NCBI GenBank assembly: GCA_951406725.2
Contig: OX597815.1
Span: 142,476,001-142,540,000, forward strand
Source: Octopus vulgaris
Taxonomy: Eukaryota
Direction: 5' to 3'
DNA: 64,000 bases
This document shows, piece by piece, positions 1-13,695 of the stretch. The notes below the pieces were generated by a model, which saw nothing but the letters and a program-made list of their open reading frames with translations, was not told the origin of the DNA and did no database searches. The stretch's first letter is position 1. Each line of letters starts with the position of its first letter. Made by a program: the position numbers and the translations under genes.

Positions 1-873
1 GCTACATCTAAGTTAGCGACATTCTGTGCTGGTACTAGTATATGCACAAGAATAACTAAAATGCTACTTCACGTAATCTGAATTCTATAGAACACTTCAA
101 ATAAAGACCTAAGCCTGCCAAAATGTTTTCTTCCAACAATATATTTTTACTTAACATACTTCCTGTCACCGGTCAGGAAAATAGTTAGACGTATGTATAA
201 AATATTCAGTTTATACGTGAGGTTAACATATTATGAGGAGTAGAAACAGAAATACCATTCAATTTAAAAGTGCATCGAAACATCTGGTTAGATCAAAATT
301 TTTTATAAATAATTTGACATTCAGAAGAAAATATATGTGCATATTAAAGTACTTCCAAGCGTATTTGCATTCGAAAATTCGAAACATTCAAAAGAGTCTT
401 TCAAATTGTCTTTGAGCAGTAGGGTAAGATATCGTATTCGATATATTCTGGTGCAAAGGGAAAAGGAGACATCTTATACGATGTGTGCGCTTTCATTTAT
501 CTGAATTCTATTAGAATCTATTTGCGCTGTTAAGTAGTGTTAACAGTGTGTGTCAAATATCGCATTTAAGAAAATATCTACACCATTTCAATCAAAATAT
601 TGAAATGATTCTATATTTTGACACATGTACATAAGAGTTTCAATACAAAATATTTGTTCCAGCATTTGCAAGAATATTCAACCAAAAGTATAAAAGGAGC
701 TGCAACCAGCATTACGATGAATATAGATTTGTTAACATTTTACTTGAATAACGAATATGTATGTATACATAGATCTATTTTTCTACCGATCAATTACTTT
801 CTCTATCTCTTTCATTCTCTCTTTCTCTCTCCCTCTCGCTATATATGTATCTCTGTTTCTCGCTCTCTCACGC

Positions 874-876
<3 letters not shown>

Positions 877-911
<35 letters not shown>

Positions 912-1072
912 CACCTTATATGATATATATAAATATATATACATTCAGATATACTCACATACACATACATACATAATAAATACATGTATGCATGCATGAA
1001 TACTTATATACATACATACATACATACATACATACATACATACATACATACATACATACAAACATACACACG
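877..1072. repeat. (TA)n and (CATA)n microsatellites
   Basis: Tandem repeats directly visible. Confidence 0.95.
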
Positions 1073-1639
1073 TACATAGATGCATGATCACACATCATTT
1101 TGATGCGATCATGCGAACTAATTCTGCGGTGCGTAACTGAGACTTAAGGAAGTTTACAATGTGGAGGAGTATAATTCAGGAAGGCTCGCTCTCTGCGTAA
1201 CCTTTCGTGATTACGTTAATTCTTTCGACAAGGACACTGATAGAATTCGGACTGACTACAAGCTTGCTAAAATTAGCGTGACTATAAATTATGTAATTCA
1301 TACATACGATATCAAATAATACATCAGAAAGGAAGTCATGGATTCTCTTTTCTAAGTCTAGCAGAGCAAGATATTGTTATGTTTAAAGGAATAAGTCTAG
1401 AGTTTTAATTGTAATGAGAAATTTTAAGTTGAAATTTGTTGAACGAATATCAGTAGATTACTTAAAGAGAATGTATGAGTCAGGTGCTGTTGTGTTGATT
1501 AAGTAATTAGAAGATAAATGAGAACATTTCCAAAAAGTGCAAGATAAATCGGTCAGTGCTTGAATCAAAACCAACTGGAGTTAATGTCATTAATTTAGTC
1601 AATAAATAAGTAATACCTGTTTTAAGATACTCTGCTCCA

Positions 1640-2450
1640 TCTTTGTTACAGTACACAAAAACAGAACTGGATTAGGCGAACTAAGAAGCAGCTTACAATC
1701 GTGACACACACCCGCTAAAACTAATATCTACAGACTCTACTTACCAAAAAAGGGACAAGGCAAAACTTTGCTGAACGCAGACGACATCATCTGTGTTAAG
1801 ATATCGGAGCTGTAAAACTATATTGTGCATAGGAAAGAAAGATGAATGTATGCAACCAAAAATATTGTAGAAAGACCTAAATCATTAAGAAGTTTCAGCA
1901 GCAGAGAAGCAAAGGAGAGGATAAACAGCTGGACAGAACAGGGATTACATGGCTCATTAATGCAACACACTGAAGATATATAAAACGAAGATCGAAGCTG
2001 ACAGAGAGAAATATGAAATGAAAAACTGAATCATTGAGTATGGCTCCTCGAGAGCAAGCCATTAGAATGAATCTGAGAAAGCGAACGAGTGATAAATCTC
2101 AGAGTGCATATGCAAAATGCGTGAAGTGATCAAAAGTATTAAACATCTCATAACTGAGTACTATGAACTTCAACAAAAAGATTGTAAATGTAGCATGGCT
2201 GTGTTGGTAAAAATGGCCTTTTATTGTTAATCAGGGTTACAGACTCGAAGAGACAGAAAAGTGAATACGAGGCAGAGAGCCCCATGTTGAATATTAATTA
2301 CAGGATTTTATGGGATTTCTCTGTAGTGATGTCATAGGCTACTAAAACAGTTATACCAGTTATAATCATAGAGAGAAAACAAAGCTGTATAAGGACTTTG
2401 CACTCATATATGAGTGTAGAATGTCTATGAGAAAATGGTGAAATATCGGC
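1640..2450 (+). mobile_element. Decayed R4/Dong-clade (RLE) non-LTR retrotransposon, C-terminal region
   Basis: Frameshifted translation gives NIYRLYLPKKGQG (cf. DRLYLPRKEGGRGL), WTEQGLHG, TESLSMAPREQAIRMN and the ILWDF motif. Confidence 0.75.
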
Positions 2451-2639
2451 ACCTAACCAGATAGATGGTGTGACTGTAGAACAGAATGGTGAAAATCAAT
2501 CTTGTGCGAATTTGAAATCATTATCACAATAATCTGTCCATCTGTGTTTTTCTCATAGATTTGTCAACTACTTCGCTTTTGTCGGTACTTTGTCTTCAGT
2601 AACGAAGAATGTGAGGAAATCATGAATTATCATGGTAGT

Positions 2640-3170
2640 TGTACCGGAATAGATGAAAAAGAACACATGCTAACTACTAATTCAGTTAATAAAGATATTT
2701 ATTGCGCCGCTTTAAAAACTTCATGTCGATTATATAAAGAGTGAATGGAAAATATTGATCATACTGTAGCAAGCTGCAAAATGCTAACACAGAAAGAATA
2801 CAAGCGACAGCAAGACAGATTCTATCTTAATTTACAATGGTCAATTTGTAAAATTAGATTTCACAGTTCCAATGAGAGATACAATCTTGTATTAAAAGCG
2901 ACTCTAAATGAATCTGCTAAATCAAACATTGTATGGGATTTTGACGTCCAGATTGAACAACAGAATGCCGTAGGCCAAACATCATTCATTACACATTATA
3001 TAAAAATGAGAATGCTTTATAACAGACGTTGCGATTAATTGCAGCCAAAGGAGGAAAGTGTGAATATATATTGAATTTAAAGTAGAAATATGAAGTAGCG
3101 ATGGCCAGCAGCAAAACTGAAAATTGTATCAGTTATAGCTGGGAGCTGAATAGAAATGTGATCGTGCTCA
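2640..3170 (+). mobile_element. Second decayed R4/Dong-clade fragment (Zn knuckle + restriction-like endonuclease)
   Basis: ORF 2745-3038: ENIDHTVASCKMLTQKEYKRQQD...NIVWDFDVQIE, then FITDVAI, matching the CCHC-RHD-PD(D/E)XK layout. Confidence 0.8.
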
Positions 3171-3379
3171 CCCTCCTAGGAGAAATTCTTATTAAATTCA
3201 TATATATAAGTATTTTGGTAAGTGTTGGGTAAGTTTTAGGAAGGAGTAAAATATGATAATTTCATACTATAAAAATGCCGAACCACCACTACTACCATCA
3301 CTGCCATCACCACCACTACTACTACCACTGTTACTAGGAAAACTATAAAGAATCATTCTCGAGACCTGCGCACTCATAA

Positions 3380-3502
3380 AGACCAGCTTCTCGGTTTCCA
3401 TAGCGTGTATATCCCCTGGTCTGTTGAAGGATTACTCAGTTTTGTAAGCTGAGTGACTTGAAGCAACGTGAAATGAAGTGTTTGGCCAAAGAACACAAAG
3501 CT
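3380..3502 (-). mobile_element. SINE fragment (same family as 23655-23878)
   Basis: Shares AACGTGAAATGAAGTGTTT.G..AAGAACAC with the 23.7 kb copy. Confidence 0.6.
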
Positions 3503-3507
3503 CTACA

Positions 3508-3709
<202 letters not shown>

Positions 3710-4234
3710 CTTAACTGATCTTAACTGATTGGAAGTGTTATCATGCACATTGTTTTGTCTTGGTATAAAAGATTGGCTGCAGCAAATATTCTGCTCAATA
3801 CTACAGATTTACTTGTCAGTTGTTTGACCTTAATCAGTTGAGCATTCCCTTAGTGGCTGACGATATGTGCATCTCTGATCACGAGCAGAAGTATTGGGGG
3901 AGCATCATAGACGTATGTTGAGAGGAATTCTTGGAGGTTTGGATAATTCACCTTTGGAAACATGGATGGTTCGTTCAGCATCCTTAAACAATCCTTATTT
4001 CAGAGACCTTCTGAGCGGGATGGGCTACTCGACCAGAAGAAATTTCTAACTGGGCCCCACCTGCAAGGTCATGCGGTGTTTATCTTGATATGAGATCACC
4101 CTGCCGCGCACATATGGTTGTAATGCATGTGCCTGGTGTACCCTTATCAGACGGGTAGTCATGATGGGTATACTGGGCTTCGTATATTTTACCGCAGTGT
4201 CACTTTGATGGCATGCATTGCTCTCTTACTCAAT
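3710..4234 (+). mobile_element. Interspersed repeat inserted in (TAA)n, probably the 3' UTR or non-autonomous derivative of a Dong/R4-type element
   Basis: Flanked by (TAA)n on both sides; its last ~130 bp recur inverted at 54700-54828, again ending in (TAA)n. Confidence 0.65.
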
Positions 4235-4379
4235 GATAATAATAATGATAATAATAATAATAATAATATGCACAGATTACAGCATATTACTGCAATACTA
4301 GGTTTGAATGTCTATGTTGTGCGTTGTGAAGAGAATACTACCAAAACGTTACAGAAACAGTAGTAGAATGCAAGGATAA

Positions 4380-4700
4380 AATGATCAAAGGCAGGTAAGG
4401 GAAGGAATTTCATGGCCAGTTCATACAATAAACTGATGATGTTAGAAGTAAAGAACGTTGGTTGTGTTTTCAGATGGCAACCTGAAACGAGAAGCTGAAT
4501 TGTTAATAATAACCTATAAAGCAGAAGCTATTAGAAGCAATGTGGTAAAGCCAAAAGTTGATGATAACTCAATGGGCAAACGCAGAAAGTGTGAAAGTAT
4601 TAACCACATCTAAAGCGAATGCAGTAATTCGACACGCAAGGAATTTTAGCAGAGACAATATTGTCTTGTCAAAAGAGCGCGTGTGATGTTAACCGAATTT
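4380..4700 (+). mobile_element. Third decayed R4/Dong-clade C-terminal fragment
   Basis: HGQFIQ*TDDVRSKERW, NLKREAELLII, AIRSNVVK, CESINHI*SECS. Confidence 0.75.
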
Positions 4701-6913
4701 GTGAATTCAAATTAGATCACCGAACAAGTCTTGCATACAAGTCATGTAAAGTAAATCAGACAAACCAAGTGATTTTCCCACCACATAGAGACATATGTGT
4801 TCCCGTAAATTTGTTGCTTAGATTGTATTTCGCAACATTTCAGCTCAGTTTACAAAAGTCATGACATGCCATTGAGGTAAGTATTGAAGTCTATCATTCA
4901 ATGAAGTCCGCCACTAGTTCCGAAATAGCGAGCAAATGTTTAAGAAGAACCGCACATATCTACCTTGATCCACTATTTTCTCATAACAATTAGTCAAAAA
5001 CATAATTTTGACTTTGTCGTGCATCTTCTACTCAATCCCATTAAACAGCATTGCGTCTGAGAACAGACACCTTAGCTCTGGCAACTCATCCTTCGAACAG
5101 TGGTGATGATATCTTTCCTGAACACCTTCTCTAAGTTTCAAATTAGATATTCTTTTTGTTTAATTTTCTTTATTGCTATTCGTTTACGAAAAATTATAGA
5201 TTCTGTGCTTATTGCTCTTTTCCTAGCGAACCAACATTTGTTGTTCACGACTATAGACTAACCGGCCGCTTAAAACGCTGAGAAGGGCGCACTAACCTTC
5301 AGTCCCTGGTACCTATCTAGCCGACGAATTAAAAATGTATGCTATTCCTGTCTACTTGCCTTACATGATACTTTACATTGGTGCAATCTGGATGAACAAT
5401 GCATTTTGTCCATATGCATATTGACATATTCAAGTAATAGAGTGGTGACTTGTTAGTCAGTTGGAAGCGTTTGAGTAGATGCATGAGGTTTTTTAACAAC
5501 CTCTACTATCGGTGTTCAACTAAGACACCTTTGCAATCTACTTGCACTAAAGATCGAGGGTATCACAGGAAAGACACCTGGCCTTCTCATCGCAGCTGGG
5601 TTGTACAATTAATAGTAGTATAGTATGTCTTTCACAGCTCGTTCAGCACCACTGATTAATCCACTGAATTCAGGAAGATATTTTTCCCTTTTTGCTGTCG
5701 CCATTATTTATTTCGGACCTAGCTATGAAGGCGATAATTCTACTTTAACTGTCACCGTCTGTTCCTTCGCTTTTGTTGGTAGTGTTGTGCACCTTCTCTT
5801 AATCACCGCAACTGATTTTGTTGGCATTGGTAGTGACTTTGCTTAAGATGAAGTAGGCATACTGACCGCTGTTCCAAATGCCATTTAGCTCCTACGGGGA
5901 TCCTTATCGATTGTAGAGGCAATTCTAGTCATGGAAATTCTGAGTTTGACAATAGCCTAAAATTTGAAATAATAATAGAAGTGAAATAGCTGCATACCAC
6001 TATACACCAACGAAGGGTCCCTCAAGGTTAAAATCTACCGGTGAAATATCGATAATAAAATTTGCAAATCGTGATATTTAGACGAGAAAGTCTGCACGAA
6101 CCCAGATTTACTCATGTATGAATAGCAAACACACAACACAAGTTAGTTGGAAAACAATCGATAACATAGAAAGTTCAGAAAGCAAAAGCCTTAATAAAAT
6201 CAATAATGAAAATACAAGGCAGAAAACAACAGGAAATGAATACTACGGGAAAACACCACAACAAAATAACTAAGCACAAGAAATCGATGAACCACTGTAA
6301 CTCGAAGCTCACAATTGCAAAATCTTGCTGTACATAAAGCGACAATGATTTTTTCAACAAATCAACTATTCGACTCCAACCAAAAGGAAAAAATAAACAA
6401 TCTTATCAAGAAGTAGGTAAAAGCAAAGTAGAAATCAATTGTGTACCATTAGGAAGAGTAAGAGAAGTGGACAGTTTTCTGTTAAGGATTATGAATCGTG
6501 AAGATGCCGTAGGAGTATGTGTAAAACAATCTTAAACAGCATGATTTACGGATGCGGGAAGCAACATCAATTCGAGAAGGAGCTTGACACTACACAAAAC
6601 GAACAACTGAAACTCATATAAGTGCTGAATAAAATATAACCTATTGAAAAAACGGAAGCAACTACTGAATGGATCACCAATGGGAAAAATGATCTTCTTA
6701 CAGATGACATAAGTAACTACAGTCTCTAAAAATATACAGTTCTAGCCTAACTGTCTACGACTTGCACTATATTAGCAGCTATAATACTGAAGTGGATCAT
6801 GATTTTATCGAAAACAAGAATACCCAGCCCACTTCCAGATAGAATCAATAATATGCATGTATATTAGGTATGCCATGAAATAGCAAAATATTTTACAGAA
6901 GGAATAATTTACA

Positions 6914-6982
<69 letters not shown>

Positions 6983-7215
6983 ACTTACATTCTGAATGGT
7001 TTTAACATATTTAATCAAGACTTTAATCACGAAAAGAAAAACAATTAAAAGCGTTTTCTACATAAGCGACGTCAAAGTGTACACTCTAGCTTGTATGTAT
7101 GTATATATGTATATCTGTATGTATGTATGTATGTATGTATGTATGTATGTATGTATGTATGTATGCATGCATGCAACTATGTACATACGTACGTACTTAT
7201 GTATGTATGTATGTA
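6914..7215. repeat. (CT)n and (GTAT)n microsatellites
   Basis: Directly visible. Confidence 0.95.
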
Positions 7216-7762
7216 TTATGCGGGTATCATGAAATATAGAGAAAATTACTAAAATAGTCAGAGAAACACAACTCAGAGAAAACGAAGGTGAACTTTAACT
7301 GACATATATCTGACAGAAAGATGTAGTATGATATACTGGTATCGTTGGCAAAATATCTCGGAAAGTTGAATTTTCTTTTCAAAATCCCATAAGTTTACCA
7401 TATAAAATTGACGTAAATTTAACAGAAAACAAAGATTTATTTAAATATACACACTGGCACGCGAAATAGAAAGAATGTGGATAATTTAAGTAGGAGAAAT
7501 CCTTAAAGCCATATGAGGTTTGGAAATATTTAAAAACTTTCCAGAAAATACACATATCCACGGTCAGAGGACTCAAAAGATATCATTAGTAAGCATATCA
7601 GACATGTATGTGAGGGGGTACGCGCGCGTGTCTCTGTATGTGTGTATTGTATTCATATATATTGATAAAGATATTCATACAATACAATCTGAAGAACACT
7701 ACGCTATTAACTAATATATGTTTCTCTTACATATAATTGGAGAAATAAACGAGTTCCTTATT

Positions 7763-8054
7763 AAATTCTTATTAAATTCATATATATAAGTATTTTGGTA
7801 AGTGTTGGGTAAGTTTTAGGAAGGAGTAAAATATGACAATTCATACTATAAAAATGCCGAACCACCACTACTACCATCACTGCCATCACCACCACTACTA
7901 CTACCACTGTGACTAGGAAAACATCACTGTATGCCTATATGAATATACGTATCACGTAGAGTGCTTTTCAAGGAAACAAAAGAAGAACAGCACCGAACAA
8001 AAAAGACACGTAAATAAGCTTGACACACAGTGCACAGCTCCCAGAATACAATAA

Positions 8055-8139
<85 letters not shown>

Positions 8140-8497
8140 AAGAAGAAGAAGAAGAAGAAGAAGAAGAAGAAGAACAACAACAACAACAACAACAACAACA
8201 ATAATAATAATAATAATAATAATAATCTTAACTGATCTTAACTGATTGGAAGTGTTATGATGCATATTGTTTTGTCTTGGTATAAAAGATTGGCTGCTTG
8301 TGGAGTTGACATAAAAGTAATTTTATTCAGTCCTCTACACCTGCACGTCTGATGTTGACATCACTGTATGCCTATATGAATATACGTATCACGTAGAGTG
8401 CTTTTCACAGACACAAAAGAGGAACAGCACCGAACAAAAAAGACACGTAAATAAGCTTGACACACAGTGCACAGCTCCCAGAATACAATAAGAATAA
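7763..8497 (+). repeat. Patchwork local duplication: copies of 3183-3343, 8358-8497 and ~3538-3780
   Basis: Near-identical segments aligned by eye; see findings. Confidence 0.9.
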
Positions 8498-9223
8498 GGC
8501 GTAAAGAATAATGGTTATGTATTTTTACTACAAGAGCAGGAGAATGCCAGACATTACAATAACCAATTGTAAATCTCTGAAGGTTTAAGATAGAGTGTGA
8601 TACAGAACCAATCATATCTAAGTTTGGCAGAACATCAACAATTTTGTATGTGAAGAATCAATAAATGCATTGCTGCCACTCTACAATAGCGACCATCGTA
8701 GACTTTTTTACATGTTGATCAAATTTTATATTTTATATAATTCTTGATTCCTTAGTTCCTGTACCTGCCAAATAGTTTTTAATATTCGGAGCACTAATGA
8801 ACTGGTTTTCAAATCTTTTCTTCTAAAATTGTAAAATAAATCTGAAAAGATTTCATCGGGAGTTTTTTTCTTTCTTTTTGTGTATTATTTATGCTGTAGA
8901 ATCATCTGATTCGATTTAACCTTGCAACATTTGCCTAAAGACTTCGTACAGAAGCATTCAGTTTGAAAATCTTCCAAATTGGTGTTAAAATCTTAATGTA
9001 AAGCTTTCAATTTTACGCGTTCTTTTCTTTTTTTACATTTCTATTGGAAAGAAAAATGTGATCCATACGATATCATTGTTTGTATAATATATAACGTAGT
9101 CCATTAATATTACTGCATTCTGGCGATAAAATTCCCATGCTCCTCCATCATATTACTATCACCTTTCTGCTATCATTCAAATTCCTACTTCTACTCCATC
9201 TCTCTTTCTCTTCTTCGCCTTCT

Positions 9224-9227
<4 letters not shown>

Positions 9228-9262
<35 letters not shown>

Positions 9263-9438
9263 CACACACATATATTTATATATATATATGTATATTTATA
9301 TAGACGTATATATATATGTATGCATATATATGTATATATATATATATGTATGTATATAAATATATATTTATATATATACGTATATATATGTATGCATATA
9401 TATTTATATATATATATGTATGTATATATATATGAATG

Positions 9439-9472
<34 letters not shown>

Positions 9473-9831
9473 CGTATATATGTATATATATATATAAGTA
9501 GGTATTTATATATACGTATGTAGATATGTAAATATATACACTTACACCTGTACAGATACACAAACACACATGAATGCATATACATATATGAATATGTACG
9601 AATATCTATATCAACATATATATGAATATATATTTACGCAAACACTCTCAAACTCTGGCACAGGTGTAAACTGTATAGTCTATTCATGATGATGCATGGG
9701 AACACACCGTCACACACGTTCTGTGTTTGGTAGTTTGTTTGCTTGTGTATGTGTGTGCATGTGTGTGTGTGTGTTTATGTGCGTATGTAGGAAGAACAAT
9801 ACACTGTTACCATTCACTATCGTTTATATCA

Positions 9832-9865
<34 letters not shown>

Positions 9866-9930
9866 TTTTATTATGTATGTATGTATGTATGTATGTATGT
9901 ATGTATGTATGTGTGTGTGTATGTATATGG
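9228..9930. repeat. Complex (CT)/(TA)/(TG)/(GTAT) microsatellite region
   Basis: Directly visible. Confidence 0.9.
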
Positions 9931-10124
9931 ATCAAAAGACCAACATCATAATTGTTGTTCGATGCTCTGTGAACACTCTAAAGACAGTAAGACCTCATGA
10001 ATACCAAGTTACTCTTTCACTATGATAGTCTTTGGGTGTTTCCATTGAGCGTGACGTCACCCACACATACACACACATACGTCTTTCGCCGCGGCCTAAC
10101 GCTTATTTCAGTCAGCTATGTGAA

Positions 10125-10613
10125 GCTACTGGAAACTATAGTCAAACTTTTGCTGGAGACGGTTGCTGATGGACGGCCAAATGTGTGGCAGGAGGATTCG
10201 GCTCCTTGACATCTTTCCAGAAAGATTTAGAACTGATTGGAGGAGAATTTCTACGAATTCACCCACTCCAGTTCCAAACAATCTGTCCCTACGATTGTAA
10301 TCCTACAAATTGCTATATGTTCAGAAAGATACCAGCCTCTCCTACTAAAACACCAAGGCTGAACTGATATCCAAGATCAAGAAGGTGTTGAAATGTACTT
10401 CCAGGTATGCGGTGAGAAATACATACGCCTGGTTCCGGAGTCGTGTTGAGGTGGTGGTGGAAGCTGAGGACGGTACTTTGAATAAATTGTTATCTCTCAA
10501 CCATAATCTAGTTGTTGTTTTGTTTTATTATTTGAAATGTTCTTTTTTGGGATGCGATACTGGATTTTCATTTTCTTTTTATGCAAACAGTCAAATTTAC
10601 CCCGGACACCCTG
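10125..10613 (+). mobile_element. 3' fragment of a maT (DD37D-type) Tc1/mariner transposon with right TIR
   Basis: VADGRPNVWQEDSAP*H and DCNP motifs; ends TTTACCCCGGACACCCTG|TA (CAGGGTG-type TIR plus TA). Confidence 0.75.
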
Positions 10614-11263
10614 TATCTGAAATGCTTACTTAGTGAATGACGATGCCTCAGTATAGCCATAGGCTTTCGCTTAAAACACGTAAGAGTTTAAATGGGTAAG
10701 TATATAGATTTACAATATTTTTACTTACTGGGAATTTATTTTAACCAAAATTAATTATAAATCACGATACCGGTGAGACAGACAGATAGACAGATAAAGA
10801 CCGAGAGAGAGAGAGTGCTAATCATGCTTTTTCCATCATGCTTTCTATTAAATACACCAAAAATAAAATGAAATTCTTCATCACACATGTCAGGTTTAAA
10901 TGTGCAGCTGTAAGTGGGAGCATGACTTATCTGCTTCTCAGTTCAGTAAGAACAGAACGTATTTTGTGACATTTAAATGGGACTGCAATATTTTTGCATA
11001 TCCTATCAGATAACCCTATTTGACTATAGACACCAGTATTCTCGGGCTTTAACTTTACAGTCCCACAACATCGTAAAAATCCGCAGATCATAGTTATGTT
11101 AGATAGCAAATATTGAAACAATTGTTTTAAAAATATATGAGCCAGAGATATCCTCATAAAATAAGCCAAAATTTCGAAGGTATCTCAATTCCCCGGTACA
11201 GATATTCAAATAATCTTCTTCTGACCTATGTTTTGATGTTTGTTTCAATGGTTTTTCATTAGG

Positions 11264-11337
11264 ATAATAAAATTACTCTACCCCTGGTATTTGAGTACTC
11301 TTTTTTCCACCTTGTTTTACATTTATGTGTTTACTCC

Positions 11338-11402
<65 letters not shown>

Positions 11403-11416
11403 TTACTCCGGTATAT
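11264..11416 (+). mobile_element. Probable PLE-type terminal fragment ending in (TA)n, with its last ~20 bp duplicated
   Basis: TATGTGTTTACTCCGGTATATA occurs on both sides of the (TA)n tract; the family assignment is inference. Confidence 0.4.
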
Positions 11417-11447
11417 ACATATATATTTTTTATTTATTTATACAGTA

Positions 11448-11830
11448 CTAGCAGTATCGCCCGGCGTTGCTCAGGTTTGTAAGGGAAATAACTATAAAGC
11501 ATTTTTAGAGAGTTATAGCCAAAAAATAGCAAAAAATGGAAAAAAAATTATGGTAGAATTTTTTGAGAGTTAAAAAAGGGTGGAGTTGCGTCCCCTAGAC
11601 GGTCTGTGGTTTGGGTTTCTGATTGTCGACCCCATGTTGAATTTATCGATCTATTTCAGAACTGGGGGAACTTTTCAAAATTTTCGCTGCGTTAGTTTTG
11701 AATTATGACATTGGGCTATGTGTGTGTCAAGTTTCATCAGAATCGGTTGAAAGCCGTGGTCAGAGTGAGGGTACGAGAAAACAGACACACAGAAAACGCA
11801 CAGACAAAGTGCCGTTTATATAGAGAGAGA
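11448..11830 (-). mobile_element. Non-autonomous Helitron (383 bp)
   Basis: Minus strand reads A|TCTCTC...CCTGAGCAACGCCGGG (imperfect GC hairpin)-CGATACTG-CTAG|T: 5'-TC, 3'-CTAG, A/T target, no TSD. Confidence 0.85.
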
Positions 11831-12749
11831 TATACGAATTAAATTTGATAGTCTTTCAACTCCAAGCAACAAATTTTGCCCAATTGGTGAACAATATAAA
11901 ACACACACTAAAATTCTCATAAGCACACACCTATATATATGTGCAGGTGTGTAGAGACAGATAGAGCGAAATACGCGTATATGTATAGGGAGATATGTGT
12001 ATGCATGTATCATTAAGCATATGAAACACAAAGAATTACGTATATATCCTGTGTGAGTGGAGTTGCCAATTTCGCAGACAAATCATTTATTCGTGAATGA
12101 CATGAAAGTGAAAAAAAGTTTAATGAGATGAAAATAAAAAAAATATGATAGTTAGCATTCTGTGATTAGTGACAAATTAGAAAGAATAGAAAGCAATGCA
12201 GGAATGCATAGATATAAGGAAGTAAGGAAGTGAGAAACTTTGAGCAAGGATAGAGGTAGAAAGCAAGTGTGGACACATTGCAGCCATTCAGAATAAGAAG
12301 CGCAACAGAACGTGGAAGCATTGCTTGCGTAGGGATCAGCAACGAGGGGGAGAAATCTATGGATAAGGACAATTGAATAACGTTGATGACTGAAGCATTA
12401 TGTCGAATAGCTTGACGACATGACTCTCGTTTCCTACGAGTTCCTCTCTCCTTTCTTTGCTTTTGTGTATGCACTCCCAGATCAACTTCTTTCTATATCA
12501 GTCTGTCAGAATTTTTATCGTCCTTTCATTTCAAACGTGGAGAACTTTGTTTGAAAGGTCACAAAATGTACTCCAGCCATCGCACATTCACATACATACA
12601 CGCACACACATATACATATAGACACACACATAGGTAGATGCATATAATATGCGAGTGTGTATTTGCATGTGAACTAATGCGGATTGTCGTGATTGGTTAA
12701 TGTTAAGTAGCTCAGACAGAAGCAGGTAATTGTTGACTCAGTAACAGTA

Positions 12750-13695
12750 AATTTCTTTATTAAACGTAAGGTTGAGAACGATGCGAAGACACACAAAACA
12801 AACATTGGGGTCAGGACATCGAATGAGACGAAACGTATAAATAAACAAACAATTAAAATACATACAATTAAATGAGAGTGAGTGGTTTACAAAAAATGAA
12901 GCGATCGACCCCACAAACCACATACTCACACTGAAGTCTTTGCTTTTTCCTTTTTATATTCTCGTTTAAACAGGTTCTTTCACTCGCAGCATACTTCCTA
13001 TAGTCTTCTATCTTTTACGACGTACTTTGCGACATACATTTCTTACCCAGCCTTATTTTCCGTTTCATGTGGAAAACAAAAATGTCGATTAGCTCGAGAC
13101 TGGAGATAAACATGCCTGTCGCAATTCCTTTCACTCTCGTCTTCCATACTACCCCTTTCGCAACAGCAACTACCGAGAGGAAACAGGCTCGCTCCTTCCT
13201 ATTTCAGGGAGGTCGGCGGAACGATCTTAATTACAGATTCGCTCGACAGTTGTACGCTTCTCGAATGCGACAGCAGGTGTTCGACTTAAGCTCAGAGCTT
13301 GGGGAATTGCACAATCGCGTGCAGGACAGTTTCCTTGAGATGCTCGCATCTTGCACAAACCGGCGAAGGAGCACACCCATGTCTAAAGAGCTTATCGCGA
13401 ACCGGTAAAGCTCCTCTGTAATATTGCCAGGCCAGAGACTTTTGGTAATTATCTATAGGCCCTGGCCCGAATGTTCTTTTGGAACAGGTTGGCCAATTTA
13501 TCTTCGTAGAAGCCTAGGGTTTCTTCAAGGACGTCGTTACACTTAAACTCTCTAACCCTCTATAGAAGAATTAGGTAGTACCCCCGCCACCGGCGTTGCC
13601 CGACTGGGAGAGAAGTACGAGTGCCTGATGGCACTCTGCATGCCACACGCCCAACCTCGGTCTACAGTTGATCCATGGGTTCAGTTTGGTACTTG
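12750..13695 (-). mobile_element. 5'-truncated L1/Tx1-clade LINE: ORF2 C-terminus + 3' UTR
   Basis: Minus translation RPRLGVWHAECHQAL...TFGPGPIDNYQKSLAWQYYRGALPVRDKLFRHG..CARCEHLKETVLHAIVQ (zf-RVT-like knuckle). Confidence 0.8.

Noticed and set aside
1150-1300. LCVTFRDYVNSFD resembling an RT motif
   Set aside because: Single short motif; too weak to call
4860-6840. Possible further LINE relics (knuckle-like CLSCD on -, EWITNG on +)
   Set aside because: Too decayed to assign without a search
9137-9951. YI/CV/HT-repeat ORFs (also at 24, 28, 45, 47-48 and 63 kb)
   Set aside because: Stop-free dinucleotide and tetranucleotide repeats, not genes
13067-13408. 113-aa plus-strand ORF (also 20114-20551, 49500-49913, 50617-51138)
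   Set aside because: Antisense shadows of transposon coding sequence
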